From: Sulfurimonadaceae bacterium
GTDB taxonomy: Bacteria; Campylobacterota; Campylobacteria; Campylobacterales; Sulfurimonadaceae
NCBI GenBank assembly: GCA_041559595.1
Contig: JBFFDB010000001.1
Span: 1 to 30,041, forward strand
Length of the DNA: 30,041 bases
Direction of reading: 5' to 3'
The notes beneath the pieces were generated by a model. That model ran no database searches, was not told where the DNA came from, and was given only the letters and a program-made list of their open reading frames with translations. Position numbers and translations under genes: made by a program. Shown piece by piece: positions 7,858-16,989 of this stretch (positions within the stretch are counted from its first letter, which is position 1; each line of letters begins with the position of its first letter).

Positions 7858-9238
7858 ACTCAGTAATCTATATACATCGGCACATGGGTATGAAGCAAAC
7901 TTTATATATTATCTCTATCTTTATACTTTTCCTCTCTTAGTTTTTTTTACTTACCTTAATTATGCACATGGCTCGAGTGAATCTGCTGTGATCAATGCAG
8001 GTATACTTATTATTTTGACGTTTTGTATGTATTGCTCGCGTAGAGGTATATATAAGAAATTAGCAAAACATTTAGTTGTCTTTTCTTTGTTTTTGTTACA
8101 CGTAACTGCCTTGGTGTATGGAAGTTATGCAAATAGTGCCTTTTTCTTCTTTTTTCTTTTTCCTCTCGTAGCACTTTTCTTGCTGCATAAAAAAACTGCC
8201 TTTATCTGGATAGGTCTATTACTCGGAGTAATTCTCAGTGTAAGTGTATTACTGAAACTTTCTATTATATATGCAAACTATCATTCTGATGTTTTATTAG
8301 CCTTAATCATTGTCTTGGCTTTTGAAACCTACATATTGAATTATACGCAGTTCGTCTTATTACGCTACAAAGCGGACTTGGAACGCTTTAACACATCATT
8401 AAAGACAACGAATGCGTTAGTTGATAAATACTTTTTAATTTTGCGTACGGATAAAGAGGGAAAACTTATTCATGTCAATGACGCACATCTCTCTTTCACT
8501 GGATATTCATATCAATATCTTGTAGGCTCTTATTTTACAGGTTTTTGTAAGAGGGAAAATGAGCAATGTCTTGATACTGAACTATTTAATTCTTTATTAA
8601 AAGACAAGCATTTTGAAGGCTTAGTCGAATGTCGCAAAAAAGATGGGACACCTTATTGGGCTGATACACATATTGTTATGGAAAATGATGAAGATAATGA
8701 GCATATAGGTTTTTTGATTTTTCAGCAAGATGTGACGCAAAGAGTCAAGTTGGAAGAGGCCTCTGTAAAAGACACCTTGACACAGATAAATAATAGAATG
8801 TATTTTGATAAGGTTGCAAATCAACGTTTAAGTGAATATGATAGATATGAAACAGTATCGGCTTTAATCATTTGTGATATCGATAATTTTAAAGAGATCA
8901 ATGATAGATATGGTCATCTTATGGGTGATGAGATCTTGAAAATTATTGCTAAGCTTTTAAAAGCACAACTACGTGAAAGTGACACCTTGGCACGATGGGG
9001 TGGGGAAGAGTTTGCAGTCTTATTACCCAAGTCAGATATAGCCAAAGCCGTCTATGTAGCACAAAAGATGTGTGAGATTTTAAATGCTTATGAGTTTGAT
9101 CTAAGAGAGAATATAACGGCAAGTTTTGGTGTTACAGTGACCAAAGAGAATGATACCCAAATGACTTGGTTTAAACGTGCAGATGATGCTTTGTATCGAG
9201 CGAAAGAATCTGGTAAAAATAGAGTCTATTCTTTATAA
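7850..9238 (+). CDS. Membrane-anchored PAS-GGDEF diguanylate cyclase
   Basis: About 6 N-terminal TM helices, a PAS/PAC segment (TDKEGKLIHVND...KKDGTPYW), DIDNFKEINDRYGHLMGD, GGEEF active site and RESD I-site. Confidence 0.92.
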   Translation: MNKLSNLYTSAHGYEANFIYYLYLYTFPLLVFFTYLNYAHGSSESAVINAGILIILTFCMYCSRRGIYKKLAKHLVVFSLFLLHVTALVYGSYANSAFFFFFLFPLVALFLLHKKTAFIWIGLLLGVILSVSVLLKLSIIYANYHSDVLLALIIVLAFETYILNYTQFVLLRYKADLERFNTSLKTTNALVDKYFLILRTDKEGKLIHVNDAHLSFTGYSYQYLVGSYFTGFCKRENEQCLDTELFNSLLKDKHFEGLVECRKKDGTPYWADTHIVMENDEDNEHIGFLIFQQDVTQRVKLEEASVKDTLTQINNRMYFDKVANQRLSEYDRYETVSALIICDIDNFKEINDRYGHLMGDEILKIIAKLLKAQLRESDTLARWGGEEFAVLLPKSDIAKAVYVAQKMCEILNAYEFDLRENITASFGVTVTKENDTQMTWFKRADDALYRAKESGKNRVYSL

Positions 9239-9919
9239 CAGTGTGTATAAGAGTATCCAAAAAATACTCACAACTCCTGACAGCGCAATACTTAATCCAC
9301 TCATAGCACCCGACAAAGGACTTATCTCATAAGCCTTTGCTGTTCCAATCGCATGAGAGGTCGTTCCCAAAGCAATACCTTTGGCAATATCTGTTTTTAT
9401 TTTTAAGAGTTTAAAGACGATAGGCGAAATCAGTGCGCCAAAAATACCCGTAATAACAATACTCAAGACGGTCAAACCAATAATACCCTCTAGCATATGT
9501 GATGCTGAAATACCAATAGGTGTAGTGGTGGACTTTGGCATTAAAGAGTGAATGAAAAGCTCTGAGAGACCAACAGCATTTCCAAGAATATAAACAGCAC
9601 TAAGCGCACTCAAAGAGCCTAGAACTGTTCCACTGAAGATCGCTATCTTGTGTCTAAGTAAGTCATACCTATGCTCGTATAATGGAACAGCTAATATGAC
9701 AGTGATCGGTCCCAAAAAGAGGTGAATGATATCAGCACCTATTTTATAAACCTCATAGGGTATCTGTGTGATTTGAAGAATAAAGATAATACTCACGGCA
9801 CTAAACAAAAGAGGATTGATCCATCTAAGTTTACGGTAACCTTTTAGCCACCAAAAAAAGCCACCCAAAGATATACTCATGATCAAACCTACTAAGGGCT
9901 GGGTAATAAGCTCAATCAT
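9233..9919 (-). CDS. LrgB/CidB-family membrane protein
   Basis: LGPITVILAVPLY, PKSTTTPIG and GIALGTTSHAIGTAKA motifs. Confidence 0.92.
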   Translation of the reverse strand: MIELITQPLVGLIMSISLGGFFWWLKGYRKLRWINPLLFSAVSIIFILQITQIPYEVYKIGADIIHLFLGPITVILAVPLYEHRYDLLRHKIAIFSGTVLGSLSALSAVYILGNAVGLSELFIHSLMPKSTTTPIGISASHMLEGIIGLTVLSIVITGIFGALISPIVFKLLKIKTDIAKGIALGTTSHAIGTAKAYEISPLSGAMSGLSIALSGVVSIFWILLYTLL

Positions 9920-10265
9920 GTTCTACCTTTTTAACAAAGAAGTCGACAATTAAGGAAGTAAGAGAAATAACCAAAATCGTTGAAAGAAAAAGCGTAGTGA
10001 TAATTGGTAGTATCTCTAGTCTGATCAAGGAGTAAGAGTTTATGACACTGACACCAGCGGGTATGAAGAACAGGGGCATATAGCGTAAAAAGAAGGCACT
10101 GACAGTCTTGATTTTTGAGAGTTTGACCCATTGTAAAAGTAAGGCAAGAAACAGAAGAATCATACCAATGATACCCCCTGAAAAGCTAAAAGGAAGAAGA
10201 TAAGAGATAGCTTCTCCTAATAGATAAAAGAAGAGGATAATTGAAAACTCAATAAGTACTTTCAT
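9912..10265 (-). CDS. CidA/LrgA-family small membrane protein
   Basis: 117 aa, about 4 TM helices, GGIIGMILLF and MPLFFIPAGV motifs; overlaps the lrgB-family gene by 8 nt. Confidence 0.92.
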   Translation of the reverse strand: MKVLIEFSIILFFYLLGEAISYLLPFSFSGGIIGMILLFLALLLQWVKLSKIKTVSAFFLRYMPLFFIPAGVSVINSYSLIRLEILPIITTLFLSTILVISLTSLIVDFFVKKVEHD

Positions 10266-10267
10266 GA

Positions 10268-11002
10268 TTAGTCTAAAGGGATCTCTTTAAAATCACTACG
10301 AGTACCTGCAATAGGAGAATTTGAAATACCTCTTAGAGAGTATACAAAAGATATCTTTGGCTCATCTGTCTTGTTTTGATGAGCGTAGTGCAATGTTTTT
10401 GAATGAAAGATAATGACATCACCTTTGTCTAGGTTGTGATGCACACGTTTAGCTATAGTCTCTTGATTGAGTGCTAAATCATCTCTAAATGAAGAACGTT
10501 CATCAAACTGCTCAGGCAAAAATCTCATCTTATGCGAACCGGGAATAAATTCTAAGAGACCATTGTCTAAAGACTCATTTCCTAGACTTAACCACACAGA
10601 TATAAGGTTGTCATTTTGATAATGCCAATAGCGTATGTCTTGATGCCAAGAGGTGATAGAGCTTTTTTGAGGAAGCTTTGTCATGATTGAGTTGTGATGT
10701 GCTAGCAGTAAACACGGCTTTTCACCTAAGAGCTGCTCCAAGATAGGACGAATCTCTTTATTTGTCATCCACTGGGAAAATATCTCTTCTCTATCATATA
10801 CCTGACGTAAGCGTCGTATTGTTGAGCCATAACTGTCTTTTTGTTGATACTCAGCTTCGCTTTCTATAGGTTCAATACCCTTATCTAAATGCTCTATAGC
10901 TTTCTTTCGTATCTCATCACAGGTCTCATGTGAGGCAAAGTCTTTAAGTAGTAGAAAGCCATCTTGTTCAAAGGTATTTAGCTGTTCTTGAGTTAGTCTC
11001 AC
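10268..11002 (-). CDS. Phytanoyl-CoA dioxygenase (PhyH) family Fe(II)/2-oxoglutarate oxygenase
   Basis: FEQDGFL N-terminus, HxD motif (WHQD), NGLLEFIPGSH and a distal His in GDVIIFHSKTLHYA. GTG start 1 nt after the smpB stop. Confidence 0.88.
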   Translation of the reverse strand: MRLTQEQLNTFEQDGFLLLKDFASHETCDEIRKKAIEHLDKGIEPIESEAEYQQKDSYGSTIRRLRQVYDREEIFSQWMTNKEIRPILEQLLGEKPCLLLAHHNSIMTKLPQKSSITSWHQDIRYWHYQNDNLISVWLSLGNESLDNGLLEFIPGSHKMRFLPEQFDERSSFRDDLALNQETIAKRVHHNLDKGDVIIFHSKTLHYAHQNKTDEPKISFVYSLRGISNSPIAGTRSDFKEIPLD

Positions 11003-11003
11003 C

Positions 11004-11456
11004 TTAGTGCTCTTTCATGGCGCGTGCAATATCACGCTTCATGTCTTTTTGTTTCAAGTCAGCACGTTTGTCATGAAGTTGCTTACCCTTAGCCACGGCA
11101 ATCTGTGCCTTAACCATGTTTTTGTGGTTGAAATAAAGACTAAGGCAGACTATAGTCATTCCATCTCTCTCTACAGCCTTTGCAAATTTCGCAGACTGCT
11201 TTTTATGTAGTAGAAGTTTACGTACCCGTCTTTCATCATGTCGATAATACGTATGCGTAGTATCAAGCAGACCAATGTGTGAGTTCATTAAAAATAATTC
11301 ACCTTTGATAAAACGAACATAGGATTCTTTGAGTTGAGCTTTTCCTGCACGTAAGGCTTTGACCTCAGATCCCATAAGCTCAAGTCCTACTTCAAGTTTT
11401 TCTTCTATAAAGTAATCATGATAAGCTTTTTTGTTTTTGGCGATTGTCTCACCCAT
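11004..11456 (-). CDS. smpB: SsrA-binding protein SmpB
   Basis: [28 protein letters not shown] and GKQLHDKR motifs. Start placed at ATG 11456; the longer ORF to 11573 overlaps ispE. Confidence 0.96.
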   Translation of the reverse strand: MGETIAKNKKAYHDYFIEEKLEVGLELMGSEVKALRAGKAQLKESYVRFIKGELFLMNSHIGLLDTTHTYYRHDERRVRKLLLHKKQSAKFAKAVERDGMTIVCLSLYFNHKNMVKAQIAVAKGKQLHDKRADLKQKDMKRDIARAMKEH

Positions 11457-11457
11457 T

Positions 11458-12234
11458 TTAGTTGTCCTTATTAAGTCTAAAAAAAGTGCTTCCACTTCCA
11501 GAAAAGAACCAACCCTTTTGATAAGAGTCTTTGAGCTTACTATAAAGCTGTAAGGCAGGTTCAAATAGGTCATTTGCTTCTGATATAGAGTAGGTGTCCA
11601 ATATATCTTTTGATGACATTATACTTAGTTTTGCATGTTCTTCAGGGCCTAATTCTTTGTAAAAGTTTTCTCTAAAAGTCTGATAAACTTGAGGTGTTGA
11701 CACGTCTATATTTGGTGTTGTAGTCTCAAGGTTCAGGGGCTCTTCATCAAAACGTTCTACGATCTCTCCAATACCTGAGACATTTGCACTAGCATAATCA
11801 TAAATGAAAAAAGGCACATCGGCACCTACCTTGGAACCGATGATCGAAAGTTCTTGTAGACTTAGTCCAAGATCAAGGGTATTGTTACACATCTTTAAAA
11901 AACATGCAGCATCAGAACTACCGCCACCTAGACCAGCAAAAGAAGGAATGTTCTTTTTAACACGAATAGCATAGGTATCGATTAATTTAGCCAAGGCATC
12001 AGATTGGGTAGCGTCTTGAAGGGCTTTATATGCCTTATAAATTGTGTTTTGTTTGGTCTCACAATCAAAGTCGCCATATAAGATGAAACCACTTGTGTCT
12101 TTAGGTTCAAATGACAGTTCATCATATAGATGAGGAAGCTTCATAAAACGTGAAAAAATTTCATGATAGTTTCCGCGTTTACCTGTGATTTTTAAGAAAA
12201 TATTGACCTTGGCATATGCCTTGTACTTTTTCAA
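11458..12234 (-). CDS. ispE: 4-diphosphocytidyl-2-C-methyl-D-erythritol kinase
   Basis: [15 protein letters not shown] motif [24 protein letters not shown] and SGSGST. TTG start. Confidence 0.95.
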   Translation of the reverse strand: MKKYKAYAKVNIFLKITGKRGNYHEIFSRFMKLPHLYDELSFEPKDTSGFILYGDFDCETKQNTIYKAYKALQDATQSDALAKLIDTYAIRVKKNIPSFAGLGGGSSDAACFLKMCNNTLDLGLSLQELSIIGSKVGADVPFFIYDYASANVSGIGEIVERFDEEPLNLETTTPNIDVSTPQVYQTFRENFYKELGPEEHAKLSIMSSKDILDTYSISEANDLFEPALQLYSKLKDSYQKGWFFSGSGSTFFRLNKDN

Positions 12235-12271
12235 TTTATACTCTCAATTTTGCAGACTATTCTCGTTTGTC

Positions 12272-12505
12272 TCATTTTTTTAGTTGACTCATTAGGGCTT
12301 GAAGTTCAGAAAATTGAGCACTTGGTGCTGAGGCTTGTTTATTTGAATCTGCCACGGCAATCTTTAGTTCTTCGCGTAAGATGGTGATATCAGCAGGCGC
12401 TTCAATACCGATTTTAACAGTGCCTTTTTCAATGCCCATTATCTTTATTTTGATATTGTCGCCTAGCCAAATAGCTTCTTCAAGTTTACGCGAAAGTACT
12501 AGCAT
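12272..12505 (-). CDS. csrA: Carbon storage regulator
   Basis: MLVLSRK...VKIGIEAP..ITILREEL signature. Confidence 0.95.
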   Translation of the reverse strand: MLVLSRKLEEAIWLGDNIKIKIMGIEKGTVKIGIEAPADITILREELKIAVADSNKQASAPSAQFSELQALMSQLKK

Positions 12506-13320
12506 AAATCAACCTTATTTAATAAGTACGAGACTTTTTTATCTTTTATCTCAAGTACAGCTGCGAGTGTGTCATCATGCAGAAGGTAAACACCATCTTT
12601 GTCTGTGCTGAGTTTTTCAACTTCTATCTTTTTACCTAGCCAGATATCATTTATATCCCCGTCAAAGGAGATACGCTCCATGCTAAGGGCATCTAGGGGA
12701 GAGATAGGATTTTCATTATTATAGCTAAAGCTTCCTTCTCTTAGTCTCTCTAACGCGCTTAAAGAACCATGAACACCCAGTTTTTTTGAAATCATTTCTC
12801 CAAGACTACGAATATAGGTTCCTTCACTTACAGTAGCTTCAAACGTGACAAAAGGATGACAGTAGTGATTGAGTTTAATATCATATATTGTTGACTTGAT
12901 TTTTTTAAGTACAACCTCTTCACCTGCACGTGCAAGGTCATAAGCACGCACACCATCTATCTTCTTTGCACTAAATATAGGCGGTGCATATTCTAATTCA
13001 CCTTTAAGGCTTTGAAGTATACTCACAATCTTTTCTTCCTCAAAAGGCTCAATGATTTGAGGGTCAGTGACATGTTCAATGTCTAAGGTATCAGATTCAG
13101 CACCTAACCAAAGTGTTGCTCTATAAGACTTGGGAGCCTTGTCTAAAAAACGAAAAAAACGTGTAAAGTTACCAAAGGCGATGATGAGTACACCCTTTGC
13201 AAAAGGATCTAATGTACCTGAGTAACCTGCTTTTTTGACCTTATACTTACGCTTTAGGCGACCTAGAAATTGATTAGAACTGAGTCCTGTTGGTTTGTAT
13301 GCGACAAATATTTTATTCAC
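12499..13320 (-). CDS. truB: tRNA pseudouridine(55) synthase
   Basis: KAGYSGTLDPFAKGVL, PPIFSAKKIDGVRAYDLAR and SEGTYIRSL. Confidence 0.96.
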   Translation of the reverse strand: MNKIFVAYKPTGLSSNQFLGRLKRKYKVKKAGYSGTLDPFAKGVLIIAFGNFTRFFRFLDKAPKSYRATLWLGAESDTLDIEHVTDPQIIEPFEEEKIVSILQSLKGELEYAPPIFSAKKIDGVRAYDLARAGEEVVLKKIKSTIYDIKLNHYCHPFVTFEATVSEGTYIRSLGEMISKKLGVHGSLSALERLREGSFSYNNENPISPLDALSMERISFDGDINDIWLGKKIEVEKLSTDKDGVYLLHDDTLAAVLEIKDKKVSYLLNKVDLC

Positions 13321-15368
13321 TATAATCTTTCAACAAATGAGGAAAGGATATCTCTATGACTCCCACCAAAGTTAATTTTGAGCTTGAAGTCTTTTCCGGC
13401 CTTACTCACACCAAGTATGCGCCCAGCTCCAAAAATCTTATGCCTGACTAGGTCACCTTTTTTAAATGAAGTGCTTTTTTCTAAGATAAACGAACCTTCG
13501 CATAAGCCGGCTTCTTTAAAGAAACGACTTTTACTAAGCTCAGTACGACGTCCCTTATAAAATCTACTCGCTACATGACTCATAGTCAACTCAGACTCCG
13601 CACGAGTAATAGCGACATAACCCAAGCGTCTCTCTTCTTCAGTATCACTTCCATCACCAATGAGTGGTAAGAAGCCTTCTTCCAGACCAATGATATAAAC
13701 ATGTTTGAATTCAAGACCCTTAGAGGCATGAATACTCATGATATAAATACTTTCACCTTCAACCTGATCTTGGTCACTTTGAAGGGTAAGCTCATTTAAA
13801 AACTCATCTAGACTTGTCGATGGATTTTGTTTTATGAAGTCTCTAAAAAGACCATAAAACTCATCAATATTACTTAGCCGGTCATAAGAATCAGGCATAT
13901 TTTCATAAATAGACTTTATTTTAAAGCTCTCTTCGAGTAAGTCGATAAGTTCATAACTTGCTTCTTGTGCAGCTTTTGCAACAAACTTGATATCTTCGAC
14001 GAGTTTTTTAACTGTTGTTGTGTTTTTCTTTTTAATAAGGGCTTCAAGCTCAGTTATAGAAGAGGTGTCAATAAACTCAAAGATAGATTTTTCAGCCTGC
14101 ATAGAAACGATCTCTAGTTTATCAATGGTCGCCTTGCCTAAACCGCGTTTAGGTTTATTGATAATACGTTTAAGAGAAAAGCTATCATGTACATTTGTGA
14201 CAACGCGTAGATACGAGATAAGATCCTTTATCTCAGCTCTATCATAAAAACGAAGTCCGCCAACAAGCTTGTAGGGGATGCGATGACGCGCTAGACCTTC
14301 TTCAAGAGAACGTGATAATGCATTAATACGATAAAGTACAGCAATATCATCTGCTTTTACACCAGAGGTAAGAAGCTCGCTAATAGCATTGGCTATTTTA
14401 TTTGCTTCTTCTCCCTCATCATGAGAAGACATTGTAGTGACATCTTTTCCCTTGCCCTTTGTAGAGACAAGCTTTTTACCTAGACGATTTCTATTATGTT
14501 CTATCAGTGAATTGGCTGCTTCTAAGATGGGTTCAGTTGAACGGTAATTGTTTTCGAGTTTAACGACATAGGTATCATCAAAGTCTTTATCAAACTCGAT
14601 AATATTTCGGATGTTGGCTCCACGCCAGCCATAAATACTTTGATCGTCATCACCAACAACACAGAGATTATTATGGGAGGTACAAAGCTTTTTTAGAAGT
14701 CTGAATTGTAACTCATTCGTATCTTGGTACTCATCAATCATAATATACTGATATTTTTCGCTGGTTTCTTTAGCGAGGTCTTCATTCTCATAAAGAAGTT
14801 TATAGGTCAAGGCAAGTAAGTCATCAAAGTCGACAAGATTGTTTTCATGTAGATGTGCTTCGTATTGCTCATATATTTTTGCAATAGCCTTATAGTTTTC
14901 AAGTTCAGCTTGAGCATACGCCTCACTTGGCGTTAAGAGAGAATTTTTATAACGCGATATCTCACTTGCAATAAGCGGCAACGGAACCTCAGAATTAAAC
15001 TTTTTGATAATACGTTTTTTATCTTCCGTATCAATAACAACAAAGTTGTTCTTTCTACCCAGTCTATGAATATGAAATTTTAAAAAAAGCAGTCCAAACT
15101 TATGAAAGGTACATAAAAGAGGGGGGAATGAAGTAGGCTTGATCATAGAAAGTGCACGTTCACGCATCTCCTTTGCAGCCTTATTTGTAAAGGTAAGCGT
15201 TAGTGTGTTTGCTGCAGGAATACCGACTTCGTCTAAAAGGTAAGCGAGCCTTGAGGTAATCGTCTTTGTCTTGCCGCTACCTGCACCTGCAAGTATAAGC
15301 ATAGGACCATCTATCTTTTTAACAGCTTCACTTTGTGCTTCGTTAAGACCTTGAAAAATATCTTGCAT
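13320..15368 (-). CDS. uvrD: UvrD/PcrA/Rep-family SF1 ATP-dependent DNA helicase
   Basis: AGAGSGKT, TFTNKAA, IDEYQDTN, VGDDDQSIYGWRGA, NYRST, HASKGLEF, EERRLGYVAITRA and a C-terminal Tudor-like domain. Confidence 0.93.
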   Translation of the reverse strand: MQDIFQGLNEAQSEAVKKIDGPMLILAGAGSGKTKTITSRLAYLLDEVGIPAANTLTLTFTNKAAKEMRERALSMIKPTSFPPLLCTFHKFGLLFLKFHIHRLGRKNNFVVIDTEDKKRIIKKFNSEVPLPLIASEISRYKNSLLTPSEAYAQAELENYKAIAKIYEQYEAHLHENNLVDFDDLLALTYKLLYENEDLAKETSEKYQYIMIDEYQDTNELQFRLLKKLCTSHNNLCVVGDDDQSIYGWRGANIRNIIEFDKDFDDTYVVKLENNYRSTEPILEAANSLIEHNRNRLGKKLVSTKGKGKDVTTMSSHDEGEEANKIANAISELLTSGVKADDIAVLYRINALSRSLEEGLARHRIPYKLVGGLRFYDRAEIKDLISYLRVVTNVHDSFSLKRIINKPKRGLGKATIDKLEIVSMQAEKSIFEFIDTSSITELEALIKKKNTTTVKKLVEDIKFVAKAAQEASYELIDLLEESFKIKSIYENMPDSYDRLSNIDEFYGLFRDFIKQNPSTSLDEFLNELTLQSDQDQVEGESIYIMSIHASKGLEFKHVYIIGLEEGFLPLIGDGSDTEEERRLGYVAITRAESELTMSHVASRFYKGRRTELSKSRFFKEAGLCEGSFILEKSTSFKKGDLVRHKIFGAGRILGVSKAGKDFKLKINFGGSHRDILSSFVERL

Positions 15369-15427
15369 TTACGTACCTAAATATATGTGTTCCCTTATTT
15401 AAATAAAGGTGTTGAGTGACATTGCTA

Positions 15428-15448
15428 TAGTTATATTCATTATAACTA
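15428..15448. promoter_or_regulatory. Perfect inverted repeat TAGTTATA-N5-TATAACTA (LysR-type T-N11-A box) overlapping a minus-strand gtTATAAT -10
   Basis: Arms at 15428-15435 and 15441-15448. The minus strand reads TATAAT at 15444-15439, upstream of uvrD. Confidence 0.6.
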
Positions 15449-15495
15449 AATTTAAATAAATTCTTACAAAAGTATTGCAATATTTACTGTTTTGA

Positions 15496-15503
15496 GCTAT
15501 ACT
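15496..15503 (+). promoter_or_regulatory. Putative sigma70 -10 (gcTATACT) for the LysR gene
   Basis: Resembles the Campylobacterota gnTAnaAT consensus, 28 nt before the ATG; AGGA RBS present. Confidence 0.45.
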
Positions 15504-15531
15504 TTTATTAAAATATCTTATAGGAATTATT

Positions 15532-16434
15532 ATGTTAAAAGATTTTGCAAAATTAAATACTTTTTTAACAGTTATTAAAGAGAAGAGTTTTTCTAAGGCT
15601 TCAGCTAAGCTAGGAATATCTCAACCTGCTGTTACACAACAAATCAAGTTTATTGAAGATTATCTAGACACAAAGATTGTTGAGCGTAAGAAAAATGGTA
15701 TTAAACTGACAAAAGAGGGTGAAGACCTTCACCGTATCGCTATTCGTTTAGAAAAATCAATTGCTTCATCTGAAAAAGAGTTATTGAAAATTATCAACAA
15801 AGAATTTACCTTTGTTCTAGGTGCTTCTTTTGCAATTGGAAACTATGTTGTTCCACCACAAATTCAAAAGATAAAAGAAAAGATTGATAATGAAGTTTAC
15901 CTTCGTGTAGGTAACTCTGAAGAAATTATCGATCAGCTTGAAGACAAAAAGATTGATATCGCATTAATTGAATCAGCAGTATTTAGAGAGGGGATTGTAT
16001 ATAGAGAATGGTTAGAGGATGAACTAGTTATCTTCTCTAACCAGCCTATTCCTAAGCAGTTAAAGCGTGAAGACCTGTATAAGTTTGACTGGATTTGTAG
16101 AGATGAAAACTCTCATACACGTAAACTGACTTCAGAAGTATTTGAAGAGATTGGTGTAGAGTGCTCCAGCTTTAATGTAATTGGTGTTGTTGCTAGTCCA
16201 ACAGCGATTAAAGAGTCTATTACTCATGCTGATCCATCTGCGGCTCGCCCAGTTGTATCTGTAATGTCACGTCATGTACTGGCTGATGATGTTGCTGCAG
16301 GTCGTATTTATGAAGGCCGTATTAAGGGCTATCGTATAGCTCGTAAGTTCTATATTGCGTATACAAAAGATCGTAAACATGATGCTTTTATTGATAATGT
16401 TGTAAACTTTTTATTAGGTATTCGTTCAGTATAA
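15532..16434 (+). CDS. LysR-family transcriptional regulator, CysL/YeiE-like subfamily
   Basis: N-terminal HTH SFSKASAKLGISQPAVTQQIK. Effector-domain motifs GASFAIGNY, GNSEEI...IDIALIE, WLEDELV and RDENSHTR resemble the CysL-like group. Confidence 0.88.
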   Translation: MLKDFAKLNTFLTVIKEKSFSKASAKLGISQPAVTQQIKFIEDYLDTKIVERKKNGIKLTKEGEDLHRIAIRLEKSIASSEKELLKIINKEFTFVLGASFAIGNYVVPPQIQKIKEKIDNEVYLRVGNSEEIIDQLEDKKIDIALIESAVFREGIVYREWLEDELVIFSNQPIPKQLKREDLYKFDWICRDENSHTRKLTSEVFEEIGVECSSFNVIGVVASPTAIKESITHADPSAARPVVSVMSRHVLADDVAAGRIYEGRIKGYRIARKFYIAYTKDRKHDAFIDNVVNFLLGIRSV

Positions 16435-16441
16435 CTTCTTA

Positions 16442-16464
16442 GGCCTAAGCCCTTGGCTTAGACC
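16442..16464. terminator. Stem-loop between convergent genes (likely shared terminator)
   Basis: GG-C-CTAAGCC-CTT-GGCTTAG-A-CC, followed by a pyrimidine-rich tract. Confidence 0.6.
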
Positions 16465-16501
16465 GCTTTCTCTTTCGACATCTTCATTATAAACTTTTTA
16501 A

Positions 16502-16966
16502 TTATTTACGAAACTTTTGATTTTCAGGATTAGAAAGTAATGCTTCCATTGATGATCTTTGACCACTTGGCGAGACATCATTGTTTTTTGGTTTTGTATT
16601 TTTTGTTTCTAATGGAGAAGCGAGGTTTACGAATATTGGCGTCTCATCAATAATGATCTGCATAATACCTAAAAGAGGAGCTGTGACTACACTGCCAAGA
16701 TTGTCAGAACCAAAGCCTGCTTCAAAAATAAGATTCCCATTTTCAATACGAGCACTTTCAAAGGTATAACCAGCAAGAAAGAAAAGAGTCATTGGACGAA
16801 ATTCAGAGGTGATTTCACTAGGTAGCTCAGGCGAAAAACTAAGTGTTTCTATCTTACATAAGATACCAAAGGTTTGGTCTTTTTCAAATAAATGACTTAA
16901 GAGGTCCACGATATGTTTTTGCATGAGATCTGCGTAGGAACGGTCTTTGAGTACATCATATAACAT
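16502..16966 (-). CDS. Hypothetical protein, apparently of a family conserved in Campylobacterota
   Basis: 154-aa ORF with FLAGYTFESA and FEAGFG motifs, co-oriented 23 nt downstream of the class IV aminotransferase gene. Confidence 0.75.
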   Translation of the reverse strand: MLYDVLKDRSYADLMQKHIVDLLSHLFEKDQTFGILCKIETLSFSPELPSEITSEFRPMTLFFLAGYTFESARIENGNLIFEAGFGSDNLGSVVTAPLLGIMQIIIDETPIFVNLASPLETKNTKPKNNDVSPSGQRSSMEALLSNPENQKFRK

Positions 16967-16989
16967 GTCTAGCCTTGAGTGTAGTATAT

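Noticed and set aside
7850-8400. Very low-GC stretch as a sign of foreign origin
   Set aside because: Largely explained by Phe/Leu/Ile/Tyr-rich transmembrane coding sequence.
9233-10265. LrgA/LrgB as a prophage holin/antiholin lysis cassette
   Set aside because: No endolysin, integrase or structural phage genes nearby; the family is commonly a metabolite transporter.
11457-11573. 39-codon N-terminal extension of SmpB overlapping ispE
   Set aside because: SmpB homology starts at [10 protein letters not shown] (ATG 11456). The extension is just an open alternative frame within ispE.
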